A stretch of 62,444 nucleotides of DNA, counting the filler, from an uncultured bacterium (GTDB taxonomy: Bacteria; Hinthialibacterota; Hinthialibacteria; Hinthialibacterales; Hinthialibacteraceae): NCBI GenBank assembly GCA_964449065.1. It is 4 parts of 4 records of this genome, joined end to end, with 100 filler letters (N's around TTAATTAATTAA, not from the genome) between each part and the next. Parts side by side here need not be neighbours in the genome. Positions count along the whole stretch, not along the records: positions 1 to 15,938 come from CAYVAZ010000095.1; positions 16,039 to 31,573 come from CAYVAZ010000097.1; 2 more parts are not named here. The stretch is one strand, 5' to 3'. Below are positions 10,233-20,977 of the stretch, in pieces; the first letter of the stretch is position 1, and each line of letters starts with the position of its first letter. The notes beneath the pieces were generated by a model. The model was not told the origin of the DNA and ran no database searches. It worked only from the letters and a program-made list of their open reading frames with translations. The position numbers and the translations under genes are program-made.

Positions 10233-11459
10233 ATGATTCGCAATATCGCCATTATTGTATTACTCGTATTGATTGCCGGCGCGGCGGTTTACGGCATTGT
10301 TGTGTATAAGCAAAAGCAGCAGCAGGAAGAGTATGCCAATCTCATGCACATGGCCGAAGCAGCCATCAAATCGGAAAACTATGAACAGGCAACCGTCCAC
10401 TTAGAACCCTTGCTGGAAATCGGCGATTCGTACGAACAATCCGTCCGTGTATTGTACTTGATGGCAAGCGCTCAGCAAAAAATCGATCCCAAGGAAGCCT
10501 TCCCCTATTGGGATCAACTCGTGCGCGAATACCCCAACCACGAACACTACCACCAAGCCCGTTTGTTCCAAGCGCGGGTGCTATCGAAAACCAGCCCAGA
10601 TGAAGCGTTGAAGATCTTTCAGGAACTCAAAACGGTTGATGACCCTAAAATCAGCGGCGAAGCGCTTTTAGGAATCGCCAAAACGCATGATCAAAACAAT
10701 GAATCCGAAAAGGCCGAAGGGATGTATTACCGTATTTTGGAATTGAATACTCTGCCGGAAATCATCGCTTCGGCAAAAGACCGGCTGACCGAAATCAACA
10801 CCAAAAAAATCTGGAGCCCGGGTTTGGATGAATTCAGTCAGTTGTACACCGTCCAAAAGGGAGATTCGCCCGCCAAGATCGGGCAACTGTTCAAAACCAC
10901 CGCTTGGTATGTGCAGGAAGCCAACAACATCAAACGCTTTCTCCGCCCCGGACAACGGTTAAAAGTCCCTGCGGAACCCTACCGCGTCGTCGTGGATAAA
11001 AACGATTGCAGCCTGAACTTGGTCACCATGAGCGGCAGGTTTGTAAAATGGTATCCGGTGGGAATCGGCGAACAGAGTTACAAAACCCCGGTTGGGACAT
11101 ACACCATCGTCAATAAAGAAATCGATCCGGTATGGTACCGCCCTTCCGGCGGCATTATCCAAAGCGACGACCCGGAAAACGCGCTGGGAGACCGGTGGAT
11201 GGGCATCGGCAACAGCCTGGGCATTCACGGCACCAATGAGCCGGATACCATCGGCTTTCGCAAAAGCGCTGGATGCATCCGTATGTACAATCATGATGTA
11301 GAAGAACTCTATAAAATTTTAACCTACGGCAGCTACGTAACCATTGCCGAAACACCGGAACAAATGCGTGAAGCCATGAACCCCATTGCCGTTGAAGAAG
11401 AAACCAAAGAAACCACCGAAGAATCAACATCAGCTGAAGAAACGGAAACCTCCTCATGA
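10233..11459 (+). CDS. Membrane-anchored L,D-transpeptidase (TPR + LysM + YkuD)
   Basis: N-terminal TM, TPR-like helices, YTVQKGDS LysM, GIHGT...SAGCIRM catalytic motif. Confidence 0.9.
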   Translation: MIRNIAIIVLLVLIAGAAVYGIVVYKQKQQQEEYANLMHMAEAAIKSENYEQATVHLEPLLEIGDSYEQSVRVLYLMASAQQKIDPKEAFPYWDQLVREYPNHEHYHQARLFQARVLSKTSPDEALKIFQELKTVDDPKISGEALLGIAKTHDQNNESEKAEGMYYRILELNTLPEIIASAKDRLTEINTKKIWSPGLDEFSQLYTVQKGDSPAKIGQLFKTTAWYVQEANNIKRFLRPGQRLKVPAEPYRVVVDKNDCSLNLVTMSGRFVKWYPVGIGEQSYKTPVGTYTIVNKEIDPVWYRPSGGIIQSDDPENALGDRWMGIGNSLGIHGTNEPDTIGFRKSAGCIRMYNHDVEELYKILTYGSYVTIAETPEQMREAMNPIAVEEETKETTEESTSAEETETSS

Positions 11460-12337
11460 GCGAACCACAAGTAAAGTTAGGTTTACCCAAAGGCAGCCTG
11501 CAAGATTCCACCTTTAAACTGTTTCAACGCGCGGGATATGATATCTCCGTCCGCAGCCGGTCCTACTATCCAGAAGTTAATGATCGTGAACTCTCACTGG
11601 TGCTGCTGCGCGCCCAAGAGATGTCGCGGTATGTCGAAGACGGCGCGTTGGATGCGGGCATCACCGGCTACGATTGGATATTGGAAAATGAATCCGATGT
11701 CGAAATCATTACCACCTTGCGTTATTCAAAAGCCACCGCGCGGGCGGTGCGTTGGGTGATTGCTGTGCCGGAGGATTCGGATATCAACACGCTGCAAGAC
11801 CTCAACGGCAAACGCATCGCCACCGAACTCGTGAACGCCTCCAAAAAATACCTGGAAAAACACGGAGTCAATGCCGAACTCGAATTTTCCTGGGGAGCCA
11901 CCGAAGTGAAAGTCCCCCAACTGGTCGATGCCATTATCGATGTGACTGAAACCGGTTCTTCGCTGCGTGCCAACAACCTGCGCATTCTGGAAACCATGTT
12001 TGAATCCGAAACCAAATTCATCGCCAACAAACAAGCGTGGGAAGACCCTTGGAAGCGAACCAAGTTGCAGCGCATGGCCTTGATGCTGGAAGGCGCCATC
12101 AACGCCATCGGTAAAGTGGGGCTTAAAATGAATGTTCGGGTCGATCAGTTGGAAGCCGTTATGAAGGTCTTACCGCATGGCATCACCAATCCAACGGTTT
12201 CGCATCTGCATGAAGAAGGCTGGCGCGCGCTGGAAATCATCGCCGAGGAAGATGTCGTCCGCAAAACCGTCCCGGCCCTCAAAGAAGCCGGCGCCGAAGG
12301 CATCATCGAATACCCGCTGAACAAAATTATTTATTAG
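11456..12337 (+). CDS. hisG: ATP phosphoribosyltransferase (long form)
   Basis: [36 protein letters not shown] and C-terminal regulatory domain. Confidence 0.96.
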   Translation: MSEPQVKLGLPKGSLQDSTFKLFQRAGYDISVRSRSYYPEVNDRELSLVLLRAQEMSRYVEDGALDAGITGYDWILENESDVEIITTLRYSKATARAVRWVIAVPEDSDINTLQDLNGKRIATELVNASKKYLEKHGVNAELEFSWGATEVKVPQLVDAIIDVTETGSSLRANNLRILETMFESETKFIANKQAWEDPWKRTKLQRMALMLEGAINAIGKVGLKMNVRVDQLEAVMKVLPHGITNPTVSHLHEEGWRALEIIAEEDVVRKTVPALKEAGAEGIIEYPLNKIIY

Positions 12338-12404
12338 TTTTGTAATGCTGTTTTCATGGTAAAAACCAAGCCATATCCGGCACGGAACGAACGAAGCAAT
12401 AGCA

Positions 12405-12448
12405 GTTGTTTCCCCCCTTATTAAGGGGGGTAGGGGAGATTGAAGCAC
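12405..12448. repeat. CCCCCCTTATTAAGGGGGG REP-like hairpin
   Basis: Same family as 1-100 and 24685-24722; lies between hisG and argB. Confidence 0.7.
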
Positions 12449-12467
12449 TCACACAGCCTTCAATGAA

Positions 12468-13364
12468 ATGATCATGATCGACAAAGACCAATTTTCCAAA
12501 CATCTTGTAGAAGCGCTGCCCTACATCCGCCGGTTTCATGAAAAAACCGTTGTGATCAAATACGGCGGGGCGGCCATGAAAGACGAATGGCTCAAGCGCG
12601 AGTTTTGCCGCGATATCGTTTTGCTGCATTACGTTGGCATTCGGCCGGTAGTGGTGCACGGCGGCGGCCCGCAAGTGACAGCGTTGATGGACAAACTCGG
12701 CAAAGAAACCGAATTCATCGACGGGATGCGCGTCACCGATAAAGAAACCGTTGATATCGCCGAAATGGTGCTGACCGGCATGGTCGGCAAGGATATCGTC
12801 GCCCGCATTAATATGGAAGGCGGTAGGGCTGTCGGTCTCTCCGGCAAAGACGGCGGGTTGATCTATACAACAAAACTGATGCACAAAACCGTGGAGGATC
12901 CTTCCAAAGAGGTGGATATCGGGTTTGTGGGAGAAATCGAATCCGTCAATGTTCATCTGCTGGAGGTGTTGGAAACCGGCGGGTTCATTCCCGTGATTTC
13001 GCCGCTGGGTGTCGGCAAAGACGGCCACACCTACAACATCAACGCCGATATCGTTGCCGGAGAAATCGCCGGCGCCTTGAAGGCCGAACGGATGATATTA
13101 TTAACCGATACACCGGGCGTATTGAAAGACAAAGATGATGAATCATCGTTGATTCCCTCGCTGTCGGTGCAGGAAGCAAAACACATGATCGAAAGCGGCA
13201 CGGCGCAGGGAGGTATGATCCCCAAGATCACCACCTGTATCCACGCCGTCGAGGCCGGCGTGCACAAAAGTCACATCATCGACGGACGCCAACCCCATTC
13301 GGTCTTGCTTGAATTATTCACCAACACCGGAATCGGAACCCAAGTCTATCAAGCGGCAGAATAA
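12468..13364 (+). CDS. argB: Acetylglutamate kinase
   Basis: EALPYI, VIKYGG, VHGGGPQ, GMRVTD, YNINAD, GGMIPK. Confidence 0.96.
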   Translation: MIMIDKDQFSKHLVEALPYIRRFHEKTVVIKYGGAAMKDEWLKREFCRDIVLLHYVGIRPVVVHGGGPQVTALMDKLGKETEFIDGMRVTDKETVDIAEMVLTGMVGKDIVARINMEGGRAVGLSGKDGGLIYTTKLMHKTVEDPSKEVDIGFVGEIESVNVHLLEVLETGGFIPVISPLGVGKDGHTYNINADIVAGEIAGALKAERMILLTDTPGVLKDKDDESSLIPSLSVQEAKHMIESGTAQGGMIPKITTCIHAVEAGVHKSHIIDGRQPHSVLLELFTNTGIGTQVYQAAE

Positions 13365-13392
13365 TTGACGCATCCCTTAAAGGAGAACGGAC

Positions 13393-14586
13393 ATGACAAC
13401 CACCACCGCAGCCATCCAAGAACAGGCCGCCCACTATTTAATGAACAATTATGGGGACCGGCGCCTGGCATTGGTGCGCGGCGAGGGTGTTTATGTATGG
13501 GACAGCGAAGGCAACCGCTATACCGATTTACTCTGCGGTTTGGGGGTCAACAATCTCGGCCACTGCCACCCGAAAGTGGTGGCGGCTATTAAAAAGCAGG
13601 CGGAAACGCTGTTGCATGTTTCCAACTTATATCTAATCGAACCGCAGGCGGAACTGGCGCAATTGCTGGTTGAACACAACTCCGCCGATAAAGTATTTTT
13701 CTGCAACAGCGGTACCGAAGCCAACGAAGCCGCTTTCAAGATGGCACGCCGCTATTCGTTCAACAAATACGGCGAAGGGCGTTATACCGTGGTCTCTTTA
13801 ATCAATTCGTTCCACGGCAGAACCATGGCATCTCTTACGGCAACCGGGCAAGAGAAGCATAAAACCGGGTTTCAGCCGTTATTGCAAGGCTTTAAGCATG
13901 TCCCCATCAACGATATCGAGGCCATGCGTGAAGCGGTGGATGATACCGTCTGCGCGGTGATCCTTGAATCCGTGCAGGGCGAAGGCGGGATTTACCCCTG
14001 TGATGAGCACTATGTCAAATCGGTACGCGAAATCTGTTCGGCCAAAGATGTGCTTCTTATCTTTGATCAAGTTCAATGCGGCTTAGGACGAAACGGTTAC
14101 AACTTCGCCGAAGAATGGTTCGGCGTCAATCCGGATATGATCACCCTTGCCAAAAGCCTGGCGGGCGGCGTACCCATTGGCGCATTGCTCGCTAACAACA
14201 ATGCGGCGGAAACCTTTGTCCCCGGTACCCATGCCGCCACGTTTGGAGGCAACCCCCTCAGCTGCGCGGCGGGTGTGGCAGCCTTCAAAACGCTGATTGA
14301 AGAAAACCTCGCGCAACGCAGCCGTGAGTTAGGCGCACGGTTTAAACGCCGGCTGGATGAACGAAAGACCAAGCACAGCCGCATCAAAGAAGTCCGCGGC
14401 CAAGGGTTGATGATCGGCGTGGAAATGCAGGATCCGGTTGCGGATATCGTTTCTTACTTTTTGGATAAAGGCTATTTGGTAGGAACCGCGGGGCCTAACG
14501 TTTTGCGTTTCTTACCGCCATTGATTGTAGAAGAGGATATCCTCGATCAAGCGGCGGCTGTTTTGGATCAAGCCTTGCAACGCTAA
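13393..14586 (+). CDS. argD: Acetylornithine aminotransferase
   Basis: NSGTEANEAA, SFHGRT, QGEGG, LAKSLAGG, TFGGNPL; lies between argB and argF. Confidence 0.93.
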   Translation: MTTTTAAIQEQAAHYLMNNYGDRRLALVRGEGVYVWDSEGNRYTDLLCGLGVNNLGHCHPKVVAAIKKQAETLLHVSNLYLIEPQAELAQLLVEHNSADKVFFCNSGTEANEAAFKMARRYSFNKYGEGRYTVVSLINSFHGRTMASLTATGQEKHKTGFQPLLQGFKHVPINDIEAMREAVDDTVCAVILESVQGEGGIYPCDEHYVKSVREICSAKDVLLIFDQVQCGLGRNGYNFAEEWFGVNPDMITLAKSLAGGVPIGALLANNNAAETFVPGTHAATFGGNPLSCAAGVAAFKTLIEENLAQRSRELGARFKRRLDERKTKHSRIKEVRGQGLMIGVEMQDPVADIVSYFLDKGYLVGTAGPNVLRFLPPLIVEEDILDQAAAVLDQALQR

Positions 14587-14695
14587 GATTCAAATCCGTA
14601 TATTGGGAAGGCGGGGCTCCTGCCGGGCCGGATAAACGGTCATTTAGATTGAAACATATTTTTTGAAGAGAACAAAGCAAAAGAGAGGGCAGAGA

Positions 14696-15634
14696 ATGCA
14701 CAAACGAAACCTAAGAACCTTATACGATATCAATCAAGATGATCTGATGAAGATTCTTCAGATCACCAAAGAGATGAAAACCAATCCGGCAAACTATGCC
14801 GCGTCGCTGCAAGGCAAAACCATGGTGATGATTAACGAAAAGCAATCGCTGCGCACCAAAGTAACCTTTGAAGCCGGGATTATGCAAATGGGCGGGTACG
14901 CTGTATATCTCACCAATACCGATATCAATTTAGGTGTTCGTGAACCGGTGAAAGACGTTGCCCGCAACCTCTCCCGCTGGGTCGATATCTTAGTGGCTCG
15001 CGTATACAAGCAAGAAACCATCGATGAATTGGCTCAATTTTCTACCATACCTGTTGTCAATGCCCTTTCCGATGCCGGCCATCCATGCCAAGCGGTGGCC
15101 GATTTGTTCACGGTGTGGGATCAACTCTACCACCAGCAGCCTTTGCAAGATTTTAAACTCACTTACATTGGCGACGGCAACAACGTCTGCAATTCACTCA
15201 TCCTCATCGCGGGATTATTGGGCTTTCAACTCGTTGTATGCACTCCCCCCGGCTATGAGCCGGATAAAGTGCAGTTGCAGCAAGGAAGAGAACGTGCTCA
15301 TGAGGCCGGTGGAGCCATCACCTTTGAAACCGACCCGCACGAAGCGGTGATGGACACCAATGCCATCTATACCGATATTTGGGCCAGCATGGGACAGGAA
15401 TCCGAAACCGAAAAACGCAAACTTGATTTCGCCGGGTATCAAGTCAATATGGAACTGCTGGAACACGCGCCCAGCGATGCCGTAATTATGCATTGCCTTC
15501 CGGCACACCGCGCCGAAGAAATTACCGATGACGTGCTTGAATCCGAACGGTCCATTGTCTTTGACCAGGCTGAAAACCGTCTCCACGCTCAAAAGGCAAT
15601 CATGTACTACTTGCTCAAAGCGGACGAACTGTAG
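14696..15634 (+). CDS. argF: Ornithine carbamoyltransferase
   Basis: SLRT, HPCQ, GDGNN, SMGQE, HCLP, QAENR; start at ATG 14696. Confidence 0.95.
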   Translation: MHKRNLRTLYDINQDDLMKILQITKEMKTNPANYAASLQGKTMVMINEKQSLRTKVTFEAGIMQMGGYAVYLTNTDINLGVREPVKDVARNLSRWVDILVARVYKQETIDELAQFSTIPVVNALSDAGHPCQAVADLFTVWDQLYHQQPLQDFKLTYIGDGNNVCNSLILIAGLLGFQLVVCTPPGYEPDKVQLQQGRERAHEAGGAITFETDPHEAVMDTNAIYTDIWASMGQESETEKRKLDFAGYQVNMELLEHAPSDAVIMHCLPAHRAEEITDDVLESERSIVFDQAENRLHAQKAIMYYLLKADEL

Positions 15635-15771
15635 CAGAAAAAATGGCTTTGGGTAAACGTTTCTTTTGTGGTGGTTTCCCCCCTTATTAAGCTAAGGTTT
15701 ACCCACAACTATTAACAGGGTGTTGCCTTGGGTTATGTTAGGGTGCCCATTTGGGGCTTCTTTGTTATTTG

Positions 15772-15938
15772 TAGCGGTGTTGCCAAAAATGCGTTCAGAT
15801 TGGAGAGAAGCGTACTTCCGGCTCGGCGGGAGCCTCGCCCTCCCAAAAAATATTGTGTGGACAACTTTTTTCGATTTACATTGAGTTGTATGGGTTGACG
15901 CACCGGCTGGAAGCCGGTGCTACCCACAACGAACATAT
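15772..15938. mobile_element. MITE/REP composite truncated at contig end
   Basis: Contains GGCTCGGCGGGAGCCTCGCCCTCCC and ACCGGCTGGAAGCCGGT hairpins; colinear homolog at ~31425-31561. Confidence 0.65.
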
Positions 15939-16038
15939 NNNNNNNNNNNNNNNNNNNNNNNNNNNNNNNNNNNNNNNNNNNNTTAATTAATTAANNNNNN
16001 NNNNNNNNNNNNNNNNNNNNNNNNNNNNNNNNNNNNNN
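15939..16038. other. Artificial contig linker
   Basis: 44 N + TTAATTAATTAA (stops in all six frames) + 44 N. Confidence 0.99.
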
Positions 16039-16239
16039 CCCCTCTGTCCTCCTTACGTCGGACATCTCCCCCAAATGCTTTGGGGGAGACAAAGGCTTTT
16101 GCAGGCCGGAAGCCGATGCACCCCACCCAATTGAAACGGACAGTCTGAATTGCTAGTGATATATGATTACCACTCACAACAGCAGCATAAAACGTAAACA
16201 TTGGACAATCGAGTGGGTTAATTGGAAACGGCTATTTTG

Positions 16240-17097
16240 TTATCGTGAAAAACGGTATTGTTTGGAAGGAGTGAGGATGTTCATGACCCCTTTATTTTTG
16301 ATGTAGCGGAGACGCGCCGGGGTTAAAAAACCATCGTCGACTTTCAAGTCGATGAGAGAGCGGCTGTTGGATAGGGCGACTTCTTCCAGAGGGTTATACA
16401 GGCAATCCAGATAGGCCAATTTTGGGTTATGGGATACATCCAACCGTTTCAATTGATTGCCCCACACTTGCAGCGAAACAAGTTTGCCATTGTTTGATAG
16501 ATCCAGTTCGGTGAGGCCAATCTCCCGTCCGCTCTTTTTCGCGTTGCAGCAACTTAAGGTGTTTAATTCGGGACAGGCGGACACATCAACCGACTGCAAT
16601 GCCATGTTGTGAAGATTGATGAGTTGCAAACGGGGATTGTTGGTAAACTCGAATGTCCATGCCAATTTATTTCCCGGATTGTGGGAACTTAGAATCATCT
16701 CAAATGAAACCAACCGGTGATTTTGTTCAATATTAATTGATTGTAAACTCGCGCATAAAATTTTGACTTTGCTAAGACGCTGAAACCCGGAAAGATCCAG
16801 TTCGGTAATGAAGCGGTTGCCGATGACCAGCGATGTAATGTTGGGAAAAAGTTCAAGCCCTTTCATGTATTTAAAATGGATTGCCTTGAGTTCGCCGGTA
16901 AAGTGTTTTGCTTCTTGCAACGTGATGGGGGCGCTTGGATCTTTGCCAAGACTGTTTGCCAACTCTCTGCGCAAGTTTTCATCGGGGACGTATTTAGGCT
17001 GGTTAATGATTTGTGCTGCAAGATTCTCTGGTGGCCAGGCCCAAAGCAGAGTCAATCCCAGTAGGAACAGTTGTCTATATGGTAAGCGCGGTTTCAT
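16240..17097 (-). CDS. Secreted leucine-rich repeat protein
   Basis: Signal peptide, VPDENLR N-cap, repeated LxxLDLSxN / LxxLxCxxN units. Confidence 0.8.
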   Translation of the reverse strand: MKPRLPYRQLFLLGLTLLWAWPPENLAAQIINQPKYVPDENLRRELANSLGKDPSAPITLQEAKHFTGELKAIHFKYMKGLELFPNITSLVIGNRFITELDLSGFQRLSKVKILCASLQSINIEQNHRLVSFEMILSSHNPGNKLAWTFEFTNNPRLQLINLHNMALQSVDVSACPELNTLSCCNAKKSGREIGLTELDLSNNGKLVSLQVWGNQLKRLDVSHNPKLAYLDCLYNPLEEVALSNSRSLIDLKVDDGFLTPARLRYIKNKGVMNILTPSKQYRFSR

Positions 17098-17239
17098 ACA
17101 TTAAACCTATCATAAAATTCGTGGATAGGCAAAAACAATCCCGCGGAGAATGATAAACGGTGTGGGAACTCCGCGGGAACTGTCTGTTACCTTTGTGAAA
17201 ACAACGTTCCACAAACAAGTCTACGGCGCTGTGTGCCGG

Positions 17240-19513
17240 TTATTGTTCCAAATCGACCGGCGTATAGGGCTGAAGCGTGATCTGGGTATTGCGGTATTGC
17301 ATTTGCACTTGCCGATCCGCTTCTGCCGCCGTTACGTTTCCGTTCTCCAATTGCAGAATAAACCCACAGGTTTGATCAAAGGTTACCTCCTCATCGCCAT
17401 CGCCATCGAGATCGATTGCGCCGGCGACGCCTCCCGCGGATGTTCGTCCGACATAAACGGTATCCCGAACAGCAAAAAACGGCGCGGAGATGGTTGAGCC
17501 TTCCACCCGAATATTGTTTTTCAATTCTAGAGCCGATGGGTCGCCTTCGTTGCGGGGATAAACAAAAATCGATGTGGGTTCATCTTTGGAGCGAACGCGG
17601 ACCGGTTTCAGCCATCCGTAGGTGCCGCGAAGAGATTCGCCTTCCACTTCTAACATGGCTTCTTCATTCAAGACGATGAAGTTCTGCTCATCACCGGCTT
17701 CTTCATATTTGGTGGAGGCGATGCCGTGATGAACGGAGATTTGCAGCGGCCTGCCGTCGTTTTCCAACAGCGGAACCGTGACCCCATACTCACCCGGCTG
17801 AAGGGGGATCATGTTCGTCAGTACGCCATCCGGTGTAATCACAAACTCATGGCGGATGTAGGGACCGCCGCGTCCGGTGACGTAATGATAATTGATGTGA
17901 AACTTGGTTAACAGCGGATGAGCCATTTCGACTGTTGCTTCACCGCGGTAATGTTCGTGCACATCGGCCATGCGAATCCAGTTGCCGTTTTCAATCCAAG
18001 TCGGCGCAAACGTGATACCGCTGAAGTGCCGAAAGGTATGACCACTTTCACCCGAACCGCGGCTGAACGAGAGCAATTCGCCCGCTTCCGGATCATGTTC
18101 TCCATCCGAGGGACCTAGACGGCTGTCCCAATCGATACGGCTGAAGCGTACAACACCCAAAGGTGTCCAAGACATGTTATACTTGGTTACCGAAGCCCCG
18201 CGCAGGTTCGCGAAGACTTGCATACCGCCCGCGTTGGCGGCAAATGAACCGAAGCGTCTATCCGTACGAATGGCATAGCCGCCGATTTCGGTGGGCGAGG
18301 GAGCCTCTGTAATATTGCGTTGGCGGGCGTGATAGGCTTCCGCCAAATGCAGCATGACAGCGCCATTGTAGTTCCCCCATTGGCTGGCGGGTTGATGACC
18401 GACACGCAGTTCGGGATCAAAGTGGTTTTTGGTGATGAAGAATGAGCCGACCCAGGGATATTCTGTGCGTTTCCAACGATGAATGCTTTGAAAGGCCGTC
18501 ATGGCCGCGTGACGGTATTGCGAGGCCAGGTGATTCGCATCCCGTTTTAAGGCGTCCTGCGCCATCGCTTCAAATATGAGATGGTAGAGTACGTCGTTGA
18601 AGATGTGGTTGTCGGTGCGGCCATTGGGAGGGCATTGCCCATCGGGGGATTGCAGCAGCAATGTGGTTTGTGTTCCGCGCCGGACAGAGTCCCACATCTC
18701 ATTCGCTGAGGGACCGTCATAGCCAGCCGCCAACATGGCGATGAGGTTGCCCCGGCCGACCGCTTCCACGGCGTGAGATTGCGGGTCGCTGCTCCAGTCT
18801 TGATAGTTGTTCCATTTATCAAGGCCGATTCGTTCCTTTTGGGTCAGGCTGTTCCACGCGTGTTCAATAAACGCCACCGCATCATCACGGTTGACCAAAC
18901 CGTGCTGGGCACGTATCCACTCGCCTTTCATGGCGTAGGTACGCCAATTGTTGAGGCGGCCGTGCATATCGCGCATAATTTCCGAAACCGGAGTTTTCAT
19001 GCGCTCATACCAACGCGAATGAGTCGGTGAATTGACATGATCCCGGTAGAGGCCCAGCGCTTCGGTCAGCGGGGCGATGAAAAACTCGCCGTGTTGATCG
19101 GGGATGCTTTCACTGCCGCCAGCCAAGCATTCGGTGGAGTGCTCCATCGCGGCGATGCCGGAATCGAGCAGGTCCATTGCCCGGCCCGCGTGGATTAAGG
19201 TGCCAACGGCATGAGCATAATAGGGCGTGGAATATTGATGTTCACGCTTGAGGTAGGGATCGATGATGGCGCCTTGTTCATCCTGAAACTGCTTCGCAAC
19301 CCGGCAAATGCCTTCGATGGTTTGCAGTATATCATTGGGTTGAACACCGGAGGGCTGCCAGGGACGCGCGGTCAGATGATAGCGAATTTCGGGAAGATGA
19401 TCGGGCAAATCTTGGGCGTGACCGCATGGCAAACCATTCCAACACAGATTCACGCCGGCCGCAACTAAAAAAAGATATGTATTGAAACGGGTAAGAGCGA
19501 GTACGTTTTTCAT
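17240..19513 (-). CDS. Uncharacterised secreted protein, likely alpha/alpha-barrel plus beta domains (possible carbohydrate-active enzyme)
   Basis: 757-aa ORF; AAGGAG precedes ATG 19513; signal-like N-terminus; His/Tyr/Trp-rich helical core. No family recognised with certainty. Confidence 0.6.
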   Translation of the reverse strand: MKNVLALTRFNTYLFLVAAGVNLCWNGLPCGHAQDLPDHLPEIRYHLTARPWQPSGVQPNDILQTIEGICRVAKQFQDEQGAIIDPYLKREHQYSTPYYAHAVGTLIHAGRAMDLLDSGIAAMEHSTECLAGGSESIPDQHGEFFIAPLTEALGLYRDHVNSPTHSRWYERMKTPVSEIMRDMHGRLNNWRTYAMKGEWIRAQHGLVNRDDAVAFIEHAWNSLTQKERIGLDKWNNYQDWSSDPQSHAVEAVGRGNLIAMLAAGYDGPSANEMWDSVRRGTQTTLLLQSPDGQCPPNGRTDNHIFNDVLYHLIFEAMAQDALKRDANHLASQYRHAAMTAFQSIHRWKRTEYPWVGSFFITKNHFDPELRVGHQPASQWGNYNGAVMLHLAEAYHARQRNITEAPSPTEIGGYAIRTDRRFGSFAANAGGMQVFANLRGASVTKYNMSWTPLGVVRFSRIDWDSRLGPSDGEHDPEAGELLSFSRGSGESGHTFRHFSGITFAPTWIENGNWIRMADVHEHYRGEATVEMAHPLLTKFHINYHYVTGRGGPYIRHEFVITPDGVLTNMIPLQPGEYGVTVPLLENDGRPLQISVHHGIASTKYEEAGDEQNFIVLNEEAMLEVEGESLRGTYGWLKPVRVRSKDEPTSIFVYPRNEGDPSALELKNNIRVEGSTISAPFFAVRDTVYVGRTSAGGVAGAIDLDGDGDEEVTFDQTCGFILQLENGNVTAAEADRQVQMQYRNTQITLQPYTPVDLEQ

Positions 19514-19977
19514 AAAAACTCCTTTGTAACGAGATCGATGCCGTCTCCTACCATACAAGAAAATCGGGTGAATTTAAACACGTTGTGTCAAGATACGGAA
19601 GAACAGGCACAGCCGTTTTTTTATCCTAAAAAAAGCAGTGAATTGAGAAATGCTGTTAATATAGCGCTGTATATATATAATGATAAATTGAGAAGGCGTT
19701 GAATGTCTTCACCAATATGGTGAATTGCATAAGATCATCTAAACTGGTGTAATCATTATGCGAAACTCTAATCCCTAATCTCCAATCACTGTTTTTTAAT
19801 CAAACGTCTTCCATTCGCTGGGTTAACGCAGCGATAACCGCACTGTCTAAAATTGAAGGGAATTCATTACAACGGCAAGGGCTTTGTGGGGGCGTTGTGG
19901 TTGTGACCGAAAACAATTTCAGCATTTTGGGGGCGCTGGAGAATCGCGTTTGAAATTATCCGGTTGATAAAGAACGT

Positions 19978-20009
19978 AAAAAAGCGGAGCTTGCCGGCCC
20001 CGCTTTTTT
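19978..20009 (-). terminator. Intrinsic terminator after DUF5610 gene
   Basis: On the minus strand, GCGGGGC/GCTCCGC stem flanked by A6/T6. Confidence 0.75.
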
Positions 20010-20044
20010 GGTTTGGTTTTGTTGTTGGATGGTTGTTGAAAGTT

Positions 20045-20878
20045 CTACCCGGTTCTTGTTTCTTCAACTCCTTCTTCAACTTCTTTTTCAACCAGGTCTT
20101 CCGCGTCCGGATTGGTTAGCGGTTCGAGATTGATGAGTTCACGCTCGGCGAACGCTTCCTCCAGCACCTCTGAATCCACCGGCGGCGGTGTCAGTTCGGG
20201 CGCGGTTTCATTCACTTCTTCCACGATTTCTTTCACGAGGACTTCCGTTTCTTCAGCCGAACGGGCGATCGGGCTTCGTTCGAAGAAGGATTGTTGAAAC
20301 TCTTCAATGCCTTTCAGAACCAGTTGAAAGGTTCGTTCGATGTTTTTACCGATTTCGCTTTCTGTGTCGGGGTTGCCCAGTTCTTGTTTGGCTTCGGCAA
20401 ATCCTTTTTTGATCGCGTCCGTTATTAGCGCAGAGAATTCGGAGAGATTCTCCTGATTGGCTTCTTCACCACGGTTTTGCAGAAACGGCTCGAAGAAGCT
20501 TGTCGAGAAGCCTACAATCCGATTCGCAGTCTGTGCCGGACGAAAGAACTCCAGTATTTCCTGCCCGGTCGCATCTTCCGGCGGAAGCAGTTGTTCAGCA
20601 TCGTCATTCTGCACTCCACGAAGTCCGAGGGTGTTCGAGAGTTGTTCGCGAACACGTTCAAAAACCGCCGAGACTGCGTTTCGAGCCGATTCCAAGTTTC
20701 CATCCAAACCAGGTGTGAGAGCGACGACATCCTTGTTTTTAAGGTTGATTTCCGTGGACGAGATGAACTTGGAAACGTCCTGTGTCTCCTGAGTTTTTCG
20801 TGGAGGAGAGGTACGCTGAACAGACTCCGCCCGTTGGAACGAATCCGGGCCTATGGGTCTGACAGGGGTTATGACCAT
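20045..20878 (-). CDS. DUF5610-like protein with acidic C-terminal tail
   Basis: TANRIVGFSTSFF...I.KGFAEAK.EL...I..TF.LV..G pattern; AGGAGG RBS. Confidence 0.7.
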   Translation of the reverse strand: MVITPVRPIGPDSFQRAESVQRTSPPRKTQETQDVSKFISSTEINLKNKDVVALTPGLDGNLESARNAVSAVFERVREQLSNTLGLRGVQNDDAEQLLPPEDATGQEILEFFRPAQTANRIVGFSTSFFEPFLQNRGEEANQENLSEFSALITDAIKKGFAEAKQELGNPDTESEIGKNIERTFQLVLKGIEEFQQSFFERSPIARSAEETEVLVKEIVEEVNETAPELTPPPVDSEVLEEAFAERELINLEPLTNPDAEDLVEKEVEEGVEETRTG

Positions 20879-20928
20879 TTTTTTCCTCCTTTTTCGCCCT
20901 CACAGCAAAAAGATATCTACGTTAAATC

Positions 20929-20955
20929 TTATCGGCAAAGGATATTTAATCTTTA
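20929..20955 (-). promoter_or_regulatory. Consensus sigma-28 promoter
   Basis: Minus strand TAAA-N15-GCCGATAA, a perfect match, ~50 nt upstream of the DUF5610 start. Confidence 0.85.
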
Positions 20956-20977
20956 GTGAAAAGAATAGGGAACGTCC

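Noticed and set aside
15939..16038. TTAATTAATTAA palindrome within N runs (also 31574-31673 and 47103-47202) and ORFs running into them
   Set aside because: Identical artificial linkers between contigs; not biological, and gene adjacency across them is meaningless.
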